From an uncultured Candidatus Saccharimonadales bacterium (GTDB lineage Bacteria > Patescibacteriota > Saccharimonadia > UBA4664), in NCBI GenBank assembly GCA_964505035.1, contig CAZDGK010000005.1, positions 1 to 34,623 on the forward strand: a stretch of DNA of 34,623 bases, in the 5' to 3' direction. Below the pieces are notes generated by a model that saw only the letters and a list, made by a program, of their open reading frames with translations, was not told where the DNA came from and searched no databases. Made by a program: the position numbers and the translations under genes. Positions 17,097 through 25,585 of the stretch are shown piece after piece (positions within the stretch are counted from its first letter, which is position 1; each line of letters starts with the position of its first letter).

Positions 17097-18503
17097 ATGC
17101 TAAGCAAGTTCTCAGCAGGAGCATGGTGGGCGTGGATGAGCAACCCCCTGAAAGTGGTGCCGCTGCTAGCGGCGGTTTTGGGTTTGATGATGGTATTCCT
17201 GGCGCCGCCACTAGGCCGGGTGCCGGATGAACCCTACCACTTCTATCGGGCAGTAGGGATCTCACAAGGGCATATTTGGGCCGAGAGGCTGCAAGGACAG
17301 GACGGCCTGGAGCTGGGTGGGTATATTCCGCGGTCGCTGCAGAAGCTGACGGCTCCCCTACTGCATTCCAAACTGGACTTTGATAAGACGATTTGGCAGC
17401 GGTTTGACGGCTCGGCGGTATATAGTCCGGTGCCGTATGTGCCACAGGTGTTGGGCGTGCTGACCGGGCGGCTCCTGGACCTGCCGCCATTTGGATTGTT
17501 CTATCTGACGCGGCTGTTTAATCTGGCGGCCTGGGTGGCTATGGTGTATGCGGCGATCCGAATAGCGCCGCGATGGGGCTGGGCGACTGGAGCAGTGGCC
17601 CTACTGCCGATCACGGTGTTCCAGTCGGGCACGGTGACGGCCGACGTGATGACGGTGGGACTATCGATGCTGCTAGTGGCTCAGGTGGTGAGAGCCGCTA
17701 CCGAGCCTGGCGCCTTAAGCCGCCGGGAATACAGCTGGCTCGTGGCGACGGCGGCCGCGCTGGCCCTGACCAAGCCGCCGCTGGCGCTGCTGCCGCTGGC
17801 GGCCATGGCGATCCCGCGGCGGCGGTATGGCAGCACCCGCCGGTGGCTGGCTGGCCTGGCTGGCATAGTGCTGCCAGGACTCCTGCTGGTGGCCGCCTGG
17901 AGCGCGACGGTGGGCCGGGCCAACGTGACTCAAGGCTTTGTGGAGGCACACCCGATGGCTCAGGTGCAAGCTATCGTGCATGACCCTTGGATCTTCCCGC
18001 AGGCAATGCTGAACCTACACTTTGTGGATAGTGACCGGAGCTTCCAATTGATAGCTTCGGCGACGACGCCGGCTGGCTGGCTGGGAATACCGACCTACCT
18101 GTGGGTGGTAATGGTGAGCTACGCGGTGCTGACGCTGGCGATATTGGCGCTGGTGGAGCCCGAGCCGGCGCTGGCGCGGCCGGGGCAGCGCTGGGCGTTT
18201 CTGGGCACCTGGGCGGTGGTGGTGGCAGCAACAGAGGGTGTATTGTATCTGTACTTTAGCGAAGTCGGCGGCCGGGTGGTCAACGGTGTGCAAGGCCGGT
18301 ATTTTATCCCGATGCTGTTGCTGCTACCATTCGCACTAAGAAGTAAGGGATTGTTTGTGCAGACATCGCGCAAAACTCTGAGCCTCCTGGTGGTCGGCGG
18401 CAGCCTGCTGGCGGTGGCGGCGCTGGTGGCGGTGCTGCTGGAGGGCTACCCGCTGCATTTTGACTACTTTAGCCGGGTATGCACGCAATGGTGCCAGCCA
18501 TGA
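17097..18503 (+). CDS. DUF2142-family GT-C-like polytopic membrane glycosyltransferase
   Basis: PP...PDE.YH..RA, YSPVPYVPQ, RLFN and GVQGRYFIP motifs; about 10 TMs. Start at ATG 17097 after TTGCCC-17-TACCAT. Confidence 0.85.
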   Translation: MLSKFSAGAWWAWMSNPLKVVPLLAAVLGLMMVFLAPPLGRVPDEPYHFYRAVGISQGHIWAERLQGQDGLELGGYIPRSLQKLTAPLLHSKLDFDKTIWQRFDGSAVYSPVPYVPQVLGVLTGRLLDLPPFGLFYLTRLFNLAAWVAMVYAAIRIAPRWGWATGAVALLPITVFQSGTVTADVMTVGLSMLLVAQVVRAATEPGALSRREYSWLVATAAALALTKPPLALLPLAAMAIPRRRYGSTRRWLAGLAGIVLPGLLLVAAWSATVGRANVTQGFVEAHPMAQVQAIVHDPWIFPQAMLNLHFVDSDRSFQLIASATTPAGWLGIPTYLWVVMVSYAVLTLAILALVEPEPALARPGQRWAFLGTWAVVVAATEGVLYLYFSEVGGRVVNGVQGRYFIPMLLLLPFALRSKGLFVQTSRKTLSLLVVGGSLLAVAALVAVLLEGYPLHFDYFSRVCTQWCQP

Positions 18504-18850
18504 TGATCGCACTGGGACTGGTGGTGGCTGGGCTGCTGGTGCTCGGGCAGACGCTCTGGAAAATGGCGGCTGGTGCGGCCACGGCGAGCGGCTTGGCCGA
18601 GCGAAGCTGGCAGACGTTTCTGAGCCCGACATTCCTGGCCGGAGCGGTGCTGTACGTGGTAGCGACGGCGCTGTACGTGGACCTGCTCGGCAAGAATGAC
18701 TATTTCCGGGTGCAATCGGTGGTAGTGCCGGCGGCGCTGGTGCTAGCCTTGGCGGTGAGCGTACTGAAGTTCCATGAGCGCGTGAGTATGCTGAATTTGG
18801 CTGGCATGGTGCTGCTACTGATAGCAATTGGGTTGATATTGAAGCGATGA
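18500..18850 (+). CDS. Small 4-TM SMR/EamA-like protein (ArnE/F-like candidate flippase)
   Basis: GQTLWK, P.FLAG..LY and F.E.VS..NL.G..L...G pattern; ATGA overlap with the upstream stop. Confidence 0.7.
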   Translation: MMIALGLVVAGLLVLGQTLWKMAAGAATASGLAERSWQTFLSPTFLAGAVLYVVATALYVDLLGKNDYFRVQSVVVPAALVLALAVSVLKFHERVSMLNLAGMVLLLIAIGLILKR

Positions 18851-19560
18851 AGGGGGCAGGTGTGAATAGTGATGTCTGTGTGATTATCCCGGCTCATAAT
18901 GAGTCACAGGTGATTGGCCAGGTGCTCGAAGGCGTGCTAGAGCGCTTTAGCCGGGTGGTGGTGGTCAATGACGGCAGCAGCGACAATACGGCCGAGGTGG
19001 CGCGGCGCTACCCGGTGACGGTGCTGTCGCACGCGGTGAATCTGGGACAGGGCGGGGCGATGCAGACGGGCTTCGACTGGGCACTGCAGCAGCCAGAGGT
19101 GGAGTATTTCATCAGCTTTGATTCGGACGGCCAGCACCGAGTGGAGGACGCTGAGCGCATGCTGGCCGAGGCTCGCAAGGGCGATGTGGACCTCGTGCTG
19201 GGATCGCGGTTCCTCGACGGCGCAGTGCGGCCGCCCGGCTCGCGGCGGTGGCTGCTGCTGGCGGCCACCTGGTTTAACTACGCACTGACGGGCCTGCACC
19301 TGACGGACGCGCACGTGGGCCTGCGGGTGTTTAACCGGCGGGCGGCATCGGAGCTGAAGCTGACGATGTCTGACATGACGCACGCCACGGAGATCGAGAG
19401 CCGGATCCGCCAGAAAGGCTGGCGCTACAAGGAAATTCCGGTGACGATTGACTACACCGACTACTCGCGGAGTGCCCGGGGGGCATCGGGCCAGCGCAGC
19501 TCCAATGCGATCAATCTGGCGTTTGACTTATTACTACACCGACTAGGCGGGGGGAAATAA
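18847..19560 (+). CDS. GT2 polyprenol-phosphate glycosyltransferase (DPM1/PpgS-like)
   Basis: IIPAHNE, VNDGSSD, NLGQGGA, FDSDGQH, VLGSRF, TDAH.GLR; ATGA-coupled. Confidence 0.92.
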   Translation: MKGAGVNSDVCVIIPAHNESQVIGQVLEGVLERFSRVVVVNDGSSDNTAEVARRYPVTVLSHAVNLGQGGAMQTGFDWALQQPEVEYFISFDSDGQHRVEDAERMLAEARKGDVDLVLGSRFLDGAVRPPGSRRWLLLAATWFNYALTGLHLTDAHVGLRVFNRRAASELKLTMSDMTHATEIESRIRQKGWRYKEIPVTIDYTDYSRSARGASGQRSSNAINLAFDLLLHRLGGGK

Positions 19561-19561
19561 C

Positions 19562-19921
19562 ATGCTCGTGCAAGTAATCCTGATCGTGGCGGTGATGATG
19601 GCGCTACTGTACTTCCTGGGCAACCGCAACACGACACAGCTGCGAGCGGGCAAGAAGGTACTGTTTGTGCTGTTTGTGGTAGCGGCGATTGTGTCAATCC
19701 TGGCGCCGGACGCGCTAACCTGGCTGGCCCACCTGGTGGGAGTGGGTCGCGGCGCAGACCTGCTGCTGTATGGGCTGGTGGTGGCGTTTGTCTATGTGTC
19801 GCTAAATATATACTTCAAGTTCAAGGAATTGGCCCAGCGCCAGGCCCGGGTCGTGCGAGCGATGGCGCTGCTGGAAGAGCGGCTAAATAAGGCCACCGGG
19901 CCAGACGAGCAGGCAAAATAG
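19562..19921 (+). CDS. DUF2304-family membrane protein
   Basis: LAHLVGVGRGADLLLY motif, 3 TMs and a coiled tail; directly after the GT2 gene. Confidence 0.9.
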   Translation: MLVQVILIVAVMMALLYFLGNRNTTQLRAGKKVLFVLFVVAAIVSILAPDALTWLAHLVGVGRGADLLLYGLVVAFVYVSLNIYFKFKELAQRQARVVRAMALLEERLNKATGPDEQAK

Positions 19922-19922
19922 A

Positions 19923-19948
19923 GGCCGTCCCAGCGGACTGGGACGGCC
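19923..19948. terminator. Hairpin between convergent genes
   Basis: Perfect 11-bp stem GGCCGTCCCAG-CGGA-CTGGGACGGCC; T-rich run follows on the minus strand. Confidence 0.75.
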
Positions 19949-19953
19949 ATGGT

Positions 19954-20283
19954 TCACGCGGCTGGCGCCGGACCCGATGTGGGCGCGGCTCCCGGCTTGG
20001 GCGGCCGGCGGTACTTGCGGATGCCGAGCAGGATGAGGAGGACTGCGAAGAATCCTCCGACCAGCTCGATGTCGTCGGGCAGAATGCCGACGACGTCATC
20101 CGCGAGCACGAGCGGCATCAGTGCCACCAGACCAACGGCCAGCTTGTGGCCGCGGGTGATGTGACCCTTGAGGTCGCCGTTGCGGAGGTACAGGCGGAAC
20201 GCCTGCCACCGCGACGGCCTGACCCATTCGGCGGCCGGAACCGCGGGAAGTGCGCGAGCGGGTGGCTTGCTACCCTGACTCAT
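19954..20283 (-). CDS. Hypothetical membrane protein, weakly YkvA/DUF1232-like
   Basis: Two hydrophobic segments around LADDVVGILPDD; SD AAGGTGG; its own promoter upstream. Confidence 0.6.
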   Translation of the reverse strand: MSQGSKPPARALPAVPAAEWVRPSRWQAFRLYLRNGDLKGHITRGHKLAVGLVALMPLVLADDVVGILPDDIELVGGFFAVLLILLGIRKYRRPPKPGAAPTSGPAPAA

Positions 20284-20337
20284 GACACCACCTTTCCCTG
20301 TGAGAACCAATCTAACTGGTGTGCGTTAGATTATGCA

Positions 20338-20388
20338 ATTATACCACTGAGCGAGCATATTTACAAGCGTACAAATTAATTGTATACT
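20338..20388. promoter_or_regulatory. Divergent promoters with overlapping -35 boxes and a candidate operator
   Basis: Minus strand: TTGTAA(20366-20361)-17-TATAAT(20343-20338). Plus strand: TTTACA(20360-20365)-17-TATACT(20383-20388). Palindrome TACAA-N5-TTGTA at 20370-20384. Confidence 0.72.
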
Positions 20389-20424
20389 CGATGGGTTCGG
20401 TCCGGCACGACGAGAGGAGAACCG

Positions 20425-20904
20425 GTGACTGAACCGATGAGTGAAACGCAAGGGCTGCTGCGGCGACTGCTGGACGATTTCGGCATGAGCCAAAGCCACA
20501 TCGCGACCATGGTCGGCACCACTGTGTATACGGTGCGGCAATGGTCGCGCGGCGAGACCCAGCCAACGCCAGTCCGGCCACTGCCAGCTCAGCTGGAGCG
20601 GCTGTACGAGATCCTGGGCCTACTCGGCCTCATGAAGCTGATGGGCGATCAGCAGGATCCGGTGGCCTGGCTGGAGACCCCGCTCAGGTCGCTGGGCGAG
20701 GACTACCGCCTGCGGCCGCTGGACCTGTGCTGGCGGGGCCGGCTCGGCGAGAACATGCCGCTGGTGTACGCACTGGCATCGACGGACGACGACCTGCACT
20801 CGATCCTGCTGGATCAGAACCTGCCCGGCTGGAGAGAGACCTGCAAGTCGACACACCGGGTGTTCATCGCCGACGACGGCCATCCGTCCCTTGCGCCGCG
20901 CTAA
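20425..20904 (+). CDS. XRE-type HTH protein with an MbcA/ParS/Xre-antitoxin-like C-terminal region
   Basis: GMSQSHIATMVGTTVYTVRQWSRGE HTH; WLETPL..L....RPLDL. GTG 20425 follows AGGAG (ATG 20437 is an alternative start). Confidence 0.65.
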   Translation: MTEPMSETQGLLRRLLDDFGMSQSHIATMVGTTVYTVRQWSRGETQPTPVRPLPAQLERLYEILGLLGLMKLMGDQQDPVAWLETPLRSLGEDYRLRPLDLCWRGRLGENMPLVYALASTDDDLHSILLDQNLPGWRETCKSTHRVFIADDGHPSLAPR

Positions 20905-20914
20905 CGCGCGGCCT

Positions 20915-20948
20915 GGGCTCCCAGAGATTCTGGGAGCCCGATTTTTGT
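20915..20948 (+). terminator. Intrinsic terminator
   Basis: GGGCTCCCAGA-GAT-TCTGGGAGCCC followed by GATTTTTGT. Confidence 0.8.
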
Positions 20949-20956
20949 CTAGGAGA

Positions 20957-22393
20957 CTATGGGCCAGAGGTGCTGAGCTGCTGGATGACGTCCATTTGCT
21001 CGCTGAGCTGCCGGATACCACCGTCCTTGCCCGAGACCGGGCAGGTGAGACCAAGACCACCATGGGGATATCCGGGCTGACCTTTCTTTGCTAAGACGGT
21101 CTTCATATAGGCAATGTGGCGCTCGCGGATTTCGGCCTCAACTTCGGGTCGCAGCGCGAGGCGGCCACCGGGTTCGACAATGAGTGGATTGGGGAAATAA
21201 TGTCCGACCATGGCCAACGGCCCAACCATACCCATAGGCACCATGCGAGTGATACGCTCGATCATCCCCTGCTCTATGAGATCATGCATGAGCTTATTGG
21301 GGTCGTCGTAGCCTTCGACTTTGTTGCAGGTGAGCATGGTGATCGTCTGCATGATAGACAAGACGCCCTCATGGACGGCGGCTTTAGGAGCATACCCCTT
21401 GAGGTTGCCATCTTCCATCGGGGTGGCTGCCCCTTGATCGTTGGCTCGAGCCGTGTGGAGCTGGAGGAAGCTCATGTGCTGCTGAGCGATCTGCTGAGCA
21501 TCGTCCTGAACGGCGCGGTCAAGAACCTCGATAGCGTAGGCCGTAGTGCGACCCAAGTCACGGGCGAACTCGGGACCGTAGTCCCCAACCGGAGTGATGA
21601 TAACGCCATAGGGCATGGTGTGATACTCGGTATCGGTGGAGGTGAGCACGAAGTCTTTGTTCCGACCGGTGGCGGCGCTGTACCGGCGATGGGTGTTAAA
21701 TGTGCGGTTGAGATAGACCATGAACATGTCACCCTCTTTGTTCCGGTCTTTGAATGACTGATAGGTGTCTTCGTACTGGCGCCATTGGTCGGGATAGATG
21801 ACTTCGCCGTCATACTGGAGTTGGTTCATCCGGTTGGTTAGCAGGTTGATGGTGTCGTCCCGTCGATAATCATCAGGGGTGAGTTGGAAAAATCGTTTTT
21901 CCTCGGCTGTGCCCTCACGAGTGATCCGGTCAATGAAGGCGGTGGCCAGCCGGCGGGCTTCGTCGGTCCCCACTCCGGCCGGGACGGCAGGCGGTTGATC
22001 GCCAAAGAAGCCGGGTGGGAGCTTGATATAGACTTCGCCATATGGCGCGAGTGCAAATGGTCGGTCGCGGATGCGCTCGCGGCATTCGGCCGGGTTGGCC
22101 TCGAGCATAGCCTTGAGGTGCTGGGCGCCGGCGATGGAGAGCGGGTCAAAGATCTCTTGGAGTTGCTTGCGATCCTTGGCGCCCTCGCCAATGAGCTTAC
22201 GCTCTCCAGGTGTGAGATCATGGGCATTGCGAGGGGCTGGCGGAACGACGACGACAGGTTCGTGATCGTCTTCGACTAGCGCTGCAATGGACTGGGCGGC
22301 TTCCGGGTGCTCATCCGGAGCTGATACCAACTCAGCGGGATCGACCGCGGGGTGAAATGATTCGGAACCGGTGGGAGGTAAGTGCTCTGGCAT
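20957..22393 (-). CDS. Hypothetical cytoplasmic protein (478 aa)
   Basis: Long ORF with protein-like composition; ATG 6 nt after TACAAT; no family recognised. Confidence 0.8.
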   Translation of the reverse strand: MPEHLPPTGSESFHPAVDPAELVSAPDEHPEAAQSIAALVEDDHEPVVVVPPAPRNAHDLTPGERKLIGEGAKDRKQLQEIFDPLSIAGAQHLKAMLEANPAECRERIRDRPFALAPYGEVYIKLPPGFFGDQPPAVPAGVGTDEARRLATAFIDRITREGTAEEKRFFQLTPDDYRRDDTINLLTNRMNQLQYDGEVIYPDQWRQYEDTYQSFKDRNKEGDMFMVYLNRTFNTHRRYSAATGRNKDFVLTSTDTEYHTMPYGVIITPVGDYGPEFARDLGRTTAYAIEVLDRAVQDDAQQIAQQHMSFLQLHTARANDQGAATPMEDGNLKGYAPKAAVHEGVLSIMQTITMLTCNKVEGYDDPNKLMHDLIEQGMIERITRMVPMGMVGPLAMVGHYFPNPLIVEPGGRLALRPEVEAEIRERHIAYMKTVLAKKGQPGYPHGGLGLTCPVSGKDGGIRQLSEQMDVIQQLSTSGP

Positions 22394-22397
22394 GGCC

Positions 22398-23285
22398 TTA
22401 TTGTAAACGCTTTTTCAGATACGATGCAAAGCCGGGGCCGAGGTCGGGGTCGGCCAGGGCGATATCGGCGATGCACTCCAGGTATTTCTGCTTGTTGCCG
22501 GTGTCGTGCCAGGTGCCCTCGAGGACCTGGCCATAGACGGTGCCGGACTTGGCGAGGCTGGTGATGGCGGTGGTGAGGTAGATTTCGCCGTCGGCGTGAG
22601 GGGCGGCGTCCTCGAGTGGGCGGAAGATATCAGGCGTGAGGACGTAGCCGCCAATGGACGCATAGGCAGACGGCGGTTCGCCGGCGGGCTTTTCGACGAT
22701 GCCGTCGAGCTTGAGCAGGCCGTGGCCAAGATCTTGGGCGACGCTAGCCATGCCATAATTTTTGGCCTTGTCGGCCTCGATGGGGATGAGCGAGATGACA
22801 GGCGCCTGGAGCTGGTCGTAGGCCTCAACTAGCTGGACGGCGCGAGGCTTGGGGCCGACGAAGACCTCGTCGGCCCACATCACGAGGAACGGCTCGTCGC
22901 CCAGGAGGTGGGCGGCGTTGAGGATGGGTACGCCATTGCCGATGGGCGTGCCGTTGTCACTGACGAGCGGCTTCTGGCGGACGTAGATGAAGTTGGCCAT
23001 CTCGGCGATGGAGCGCAGCTGGTCGGCCACTTCCCCTTTGCCGGCGCGGTCCAGGCGAGCTTCGAGCTCGTATTGGTGATCGAAGTGGTCCTCGACGCTG
23101 CGCTTGTGGGCACCGGTGACGATAATGATGTCGGTGATGCCGGCCGCGACGACCTCCTCCACGACGTACTGGATAATGGGCTTGTCGATGACTGGCAGCA
23201 TTTCCTTGGGCATAGCCTTGGTCTGGGGCAGGAAGCGGGTGCCGAGACCGGCGGCGGGGATAACGGCCTTGGTGATTTTTGTCAT
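22398..23285 (-). CDS. galU: UTP--glucose-1-phosphate uridylyltransferase
   Basis: KAVIPAAGLGTRFLP.TKA.PKEMLP..DKP, VEDHFD, VEKP, GEIYLT, DTG. Confidence 0.92.
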   Translation of the reverse strand: MTKITKAVIPAAGLGTRFLPQTKAMPKEMLPVIDKPIIQYVVEEVVAAGITDIIIVTGAHKRSVEDHFDHQYELEARLDRAGKGEVADQLRSIAEMANFIYVRQKPLVSDNGTPIGNGVPILNAAHLLGDEPFLVMWADEVFVGPKPRAVQLVEAYDQLQAPVISLIPIEADKAKNYGMASVAQDLGHGLLKLDGIVEKPAGEPPSAYASIGGYVLTPDIFRPLEDAAPHADGEIYLTTAITSLAKSGTVYGQVLEGTWHDTGNKQKYLECIADIALADPDLGPGFASYLKKRLQ

Positions 23286-23307
23286 GGCGTAATTTTACCA
23301 CCCAGAC

Positions 23308-23336
23308 TTGGCAAATGACCTCTAGCAAAGTAGAAT
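23308..23336 (+). promoter_or_regulatory. Sigma70-type promoter
   Basis: TTGGCA-17 nt-TAGAAT, divergent from the galU extended -10 (TGgTAAAAT). Confidence 0.6.
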
Positions 23337-23374
23337 GCGGCCTGTCACCGAACCACCAACGTTTTAGGAGTGTA

Positions 23375-23896
23375 ATGGTTGACATACCGGCCCATGCACA
23401 GCAACGGCACCTTCGCGTAGCCGACATTCTGGCCGGCAACTACGGCGAGCTGTTTGCGATTACCGCCCTGGAGGGCGGCAACGACAGCGAGCTCATGCAG
23501 GCCCGCTGCTACTTGGCGATGTACTACGATGAGGGCGAGCCGGAGGTTGTCTATCTGGCGATGGAGCCAACGGACCTCAAGGGCGAAGGGGCGGCCCGGC
23601 GACTGCAGGGCTACTCACTGGCACCAGGCGAGGCCCGAGGCCCCTTCGTTCAGACACTGCTGACGCCGTCGTTTGAACACTCGATGGAACTCGAGCAAGG
23701 CCTGGACGATGCCGCACTGGATATAGCCTGTCGGCAAGTGGAGGCCCTGGGCCTACCCGTGGCGATTGTGATGTTCTGCCGCAAGCTCAGCGACGGCTCG
23801 GACAAGGTCGTGTACCTGTACCCGGAGGTGTCGCCACCCGACCGGCTGCTGAGGATCTTCAAGGACCAAGCGGCCCGGGCATTTCTGGGGCGATAA
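23375..23896 (+). CDS. Hypothetical protein
   Basis: SD AGGAG, ATG 23375, promoter upstream, hairpin downstream, GC-rich third codon positions. Confidence 0.7.
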   Translation: MVDIPAHAQQRHLRVADILAGNYGELFAITALEGGNDSELMQARCYLAMYYDEGEPEVVYLAMEPTDLKGEGAARRLQGYSLAPGEARGPFVQTLLTPSFEHSMELEQGLDDAALDIACRQVEALGLPVAIVMFCRKLSDGSDKVVYLYPEVSPPDRLLRIFKDQAARAFLGR

Positions 23897-23928
23897 CTGA
23901 CGGCCCGGAGAGGTAGTGGCAAAATGAT

Positions 23929-23961
23929 GGCCCAGGAGCGCGATACGGCTCCTGGGCCTTT
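23929..23961. terminator. Probable bidirectional terminator
   Basis: GGCCCAGGAGC-8 nt-GCTCCTGGGCC-TTT between convergent genes. Confidence 0.72.
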
Positions 23962-23974
23962 AGTCGATGAACGG

Positions 23975-24571
23975 TTACTTCGCGGTGAGGGCGCTCCAGT
24001 ACTCATTGGGGTGAGCACGGAGCGGCGGCGGCTGGTCCGGATGGGGCAGCGTCAGGATGGTGTGACCGCCCCAGGTGAGAGCGGCGTCATCGCGGGCCGC
24101 AGTCGGCGGCTCGAACTGATCGCAGACGAACGCGACCATGGGCCGCCCGCCGGAGCGCACCTCGAGCCCGTCGACCGGGATGTCGAAGCGCTGGACCGGT
24201 CCGTCGCCGTCGATGGTGTCGATGGTCCAGTGACCGTCGCCTGGCTCGACGCCCAGGATGTAGGCGGTGATGTGCTGCGGCTCGTGGGTCTTGGCCTGCT
24301 CGGCCTGAACCGCGGCGCGGTAGCGCTTGATCCAGGCGCTGTCGATGGTCATCTTGACGATGTAGACCATCATGACGGCGGTGAGCAGAGCCGACTCAGC
24401 CAGCACAGCCCCGAACCTGGTGTCGTTGGCCATGAATCGCATGAGGGCCGCGATGGCGACGAAGCCACCCAGAGCCCAGAGCAGGTTCAGGCCAATCAGC
24501 CGGAGCACGTAGGTCCAGCGGTTGGCCGGCGGGAGCGCCCGGATTGTCCCTAGCGAAATGTAGTAGTCCAT
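23975..24571 (-). CDS. Hypothetical membrane protein (2 N-terminal TMs)
   Basis: SD GGAGGTG, AT-rich promoter region upstream, two TM helices. Confidence 0.7.
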   Translation of the reverse strand: MDYYISLGTIRALPPANRWTYVLRLIGLNLLWALGGFVAIAALMRFMANDTRFGAVLAESALLTAVMMVYIVKMTIDSAWIKRYRAAVQAEQAKTHEPQHITAYILGVEPGDGHWTIDTIDGDGPVQRFDIPVDGLEVRSGGRPMVAFVCDQFEPPTAARDDAALTWGGHTILTLPHPDQPPPLRAHPNEYWSALTAK

Positions 24572-24648
24572 CAGGTGTCACCTCCGTGTCGGAGTTGAAT
24601 GTTGACCTGATATTTCTACCATATTTGATGAATTTATGCAAGTATTAG

Positions 24649-24677
24649 CGGCCCGGGACGCGATGGTTCCCGGGCCG
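24649..24677 (-). terminator. Hairpin downstream of 24707..25516
   Basis: 10-bp stem CGGCCCGGGA-9 nt-TCCCGGGCCG; weak U-tract. Confidence 0.55.
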
Positions 24678-24706
24678 ATAGGCGCTGCCAGCAGAGCTAC
24701 CGCCGG

Positions 24707-25516
24707 CTAGTGCTGAAGCGTGGCCGCCACCAGGGTCAGCCAGTACTCCGAGTGGTCCGGCGGGATGGGTTGGTGTTGGCCGGAGCCATAGCGCCGGTAG
24801 ATGACGTCCATGTTGGCCAGGACTTGGCTGACATGGCTGGGCCTGGGATACGGCAGTGCGAACGGGTCGCTGACGGGCCGGAGCTGGCCGGCTGGGACGT
24901 CAATGCCCCAAGCGGCCATTTTGGCCGTAGCGGCCGGATCGGTCAGGTAGCGAGGGTGCCACACCCGGCCCGAAGCTGGCTTGTAGAACGCCAGGTCGCC
25001 ATGCGTGATGATGAGGCTGCCGTCAGCATTGACGTTTTCTCGCAATGGATGCGGCCAGCCGAACCAGTCGAGCATTTGCAATGACCAGCGGCGGACCTCC
25101 GTCTCGCTGGGGGTCGGGTCGTCACTGGGCAGGTAGATGTCGGGGATGAGATCATTGCCGGCCGCGTAGTAGCGGTAGTCGGCAATGTCCAGCCCGGCGA
25201 ATCCCGGGACGAGGCCGGCCGGCAAGACCAAGTGACCGGTACGAACCCGGATATCGGGCCGCAGCCAGAGCGAATAGTCGATATACCAATCGGGCTTGAC
25301 GGCCCAATGCGCTACCTCGTGCAAGGCGTGCCACCAGATGGAGTAAGGACGCTTGGGTTCAGCCGGGAATGGTAGGCCTAGTTGATGAGTCAGGCTGGCC
25401 AGCTGAAGCAGCCGGAGGTCAAGCTGGGACGGCTCCTGATAGCTCGGGAACAGTTCGGTCCAGCCAACAACGGCTGGGCTGTCGACTGGCCGCAGGAGGG
25501 TGACGGAATTTGGCAT
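24707..25516 (-). CDS. Hypothetical HExxH-motif protein
   Basis: WHALHEVAHW motif plus a downstream SETE candidate third ligand. Confidence 0.7.
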   Translation of the reverse strand: MPNSVTLLRPVDSPAVVGWTELFPSYQEPSQLDLRLLQLASLTHQLGLPFPAEPKRPYSIWWHALHEVAHWAVKPDWYIDYSLWLRPDIRVRTGHLVLPAGLVPGFAGLDIADYRYYAAGNDLIPDIYLPSDDPTPSETEVRRWSLQMLDWFGWPHPLRENVNADGSLIITHGDLAFYKPASGRVWHPRYLTDPAATAKMAAWGIDVPAGQLRPVSDPFALPYPRPSHVSQVLANMDVIYRRYGSGQHQPIPPDHSEYWLTLVAATLQH

Positions 25517-25585
25517 AATTCTCGTCTTTCTACTGGGCGGCAGCTGGGCTGCCGGGGATAGATAGCTTAGTGAAAGCCAAATCAG

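Noticed and set aside
23924-24553. 209-aa plus-strand ORF
   Set aside because: Antisense mirror of 23975..24571(-), which has an SD, promoter and TM pattern; it also starts at the edge of a terminator hairpin.
23929-24677. Two hairpins sharing a GCGAT loop, considered as attC/REP-like cassette ends
   Set aside because: Stems are only loosely alike, there is no RYYYAAC/GTTRRRY core and no integrase; position fits ordinary terminators.
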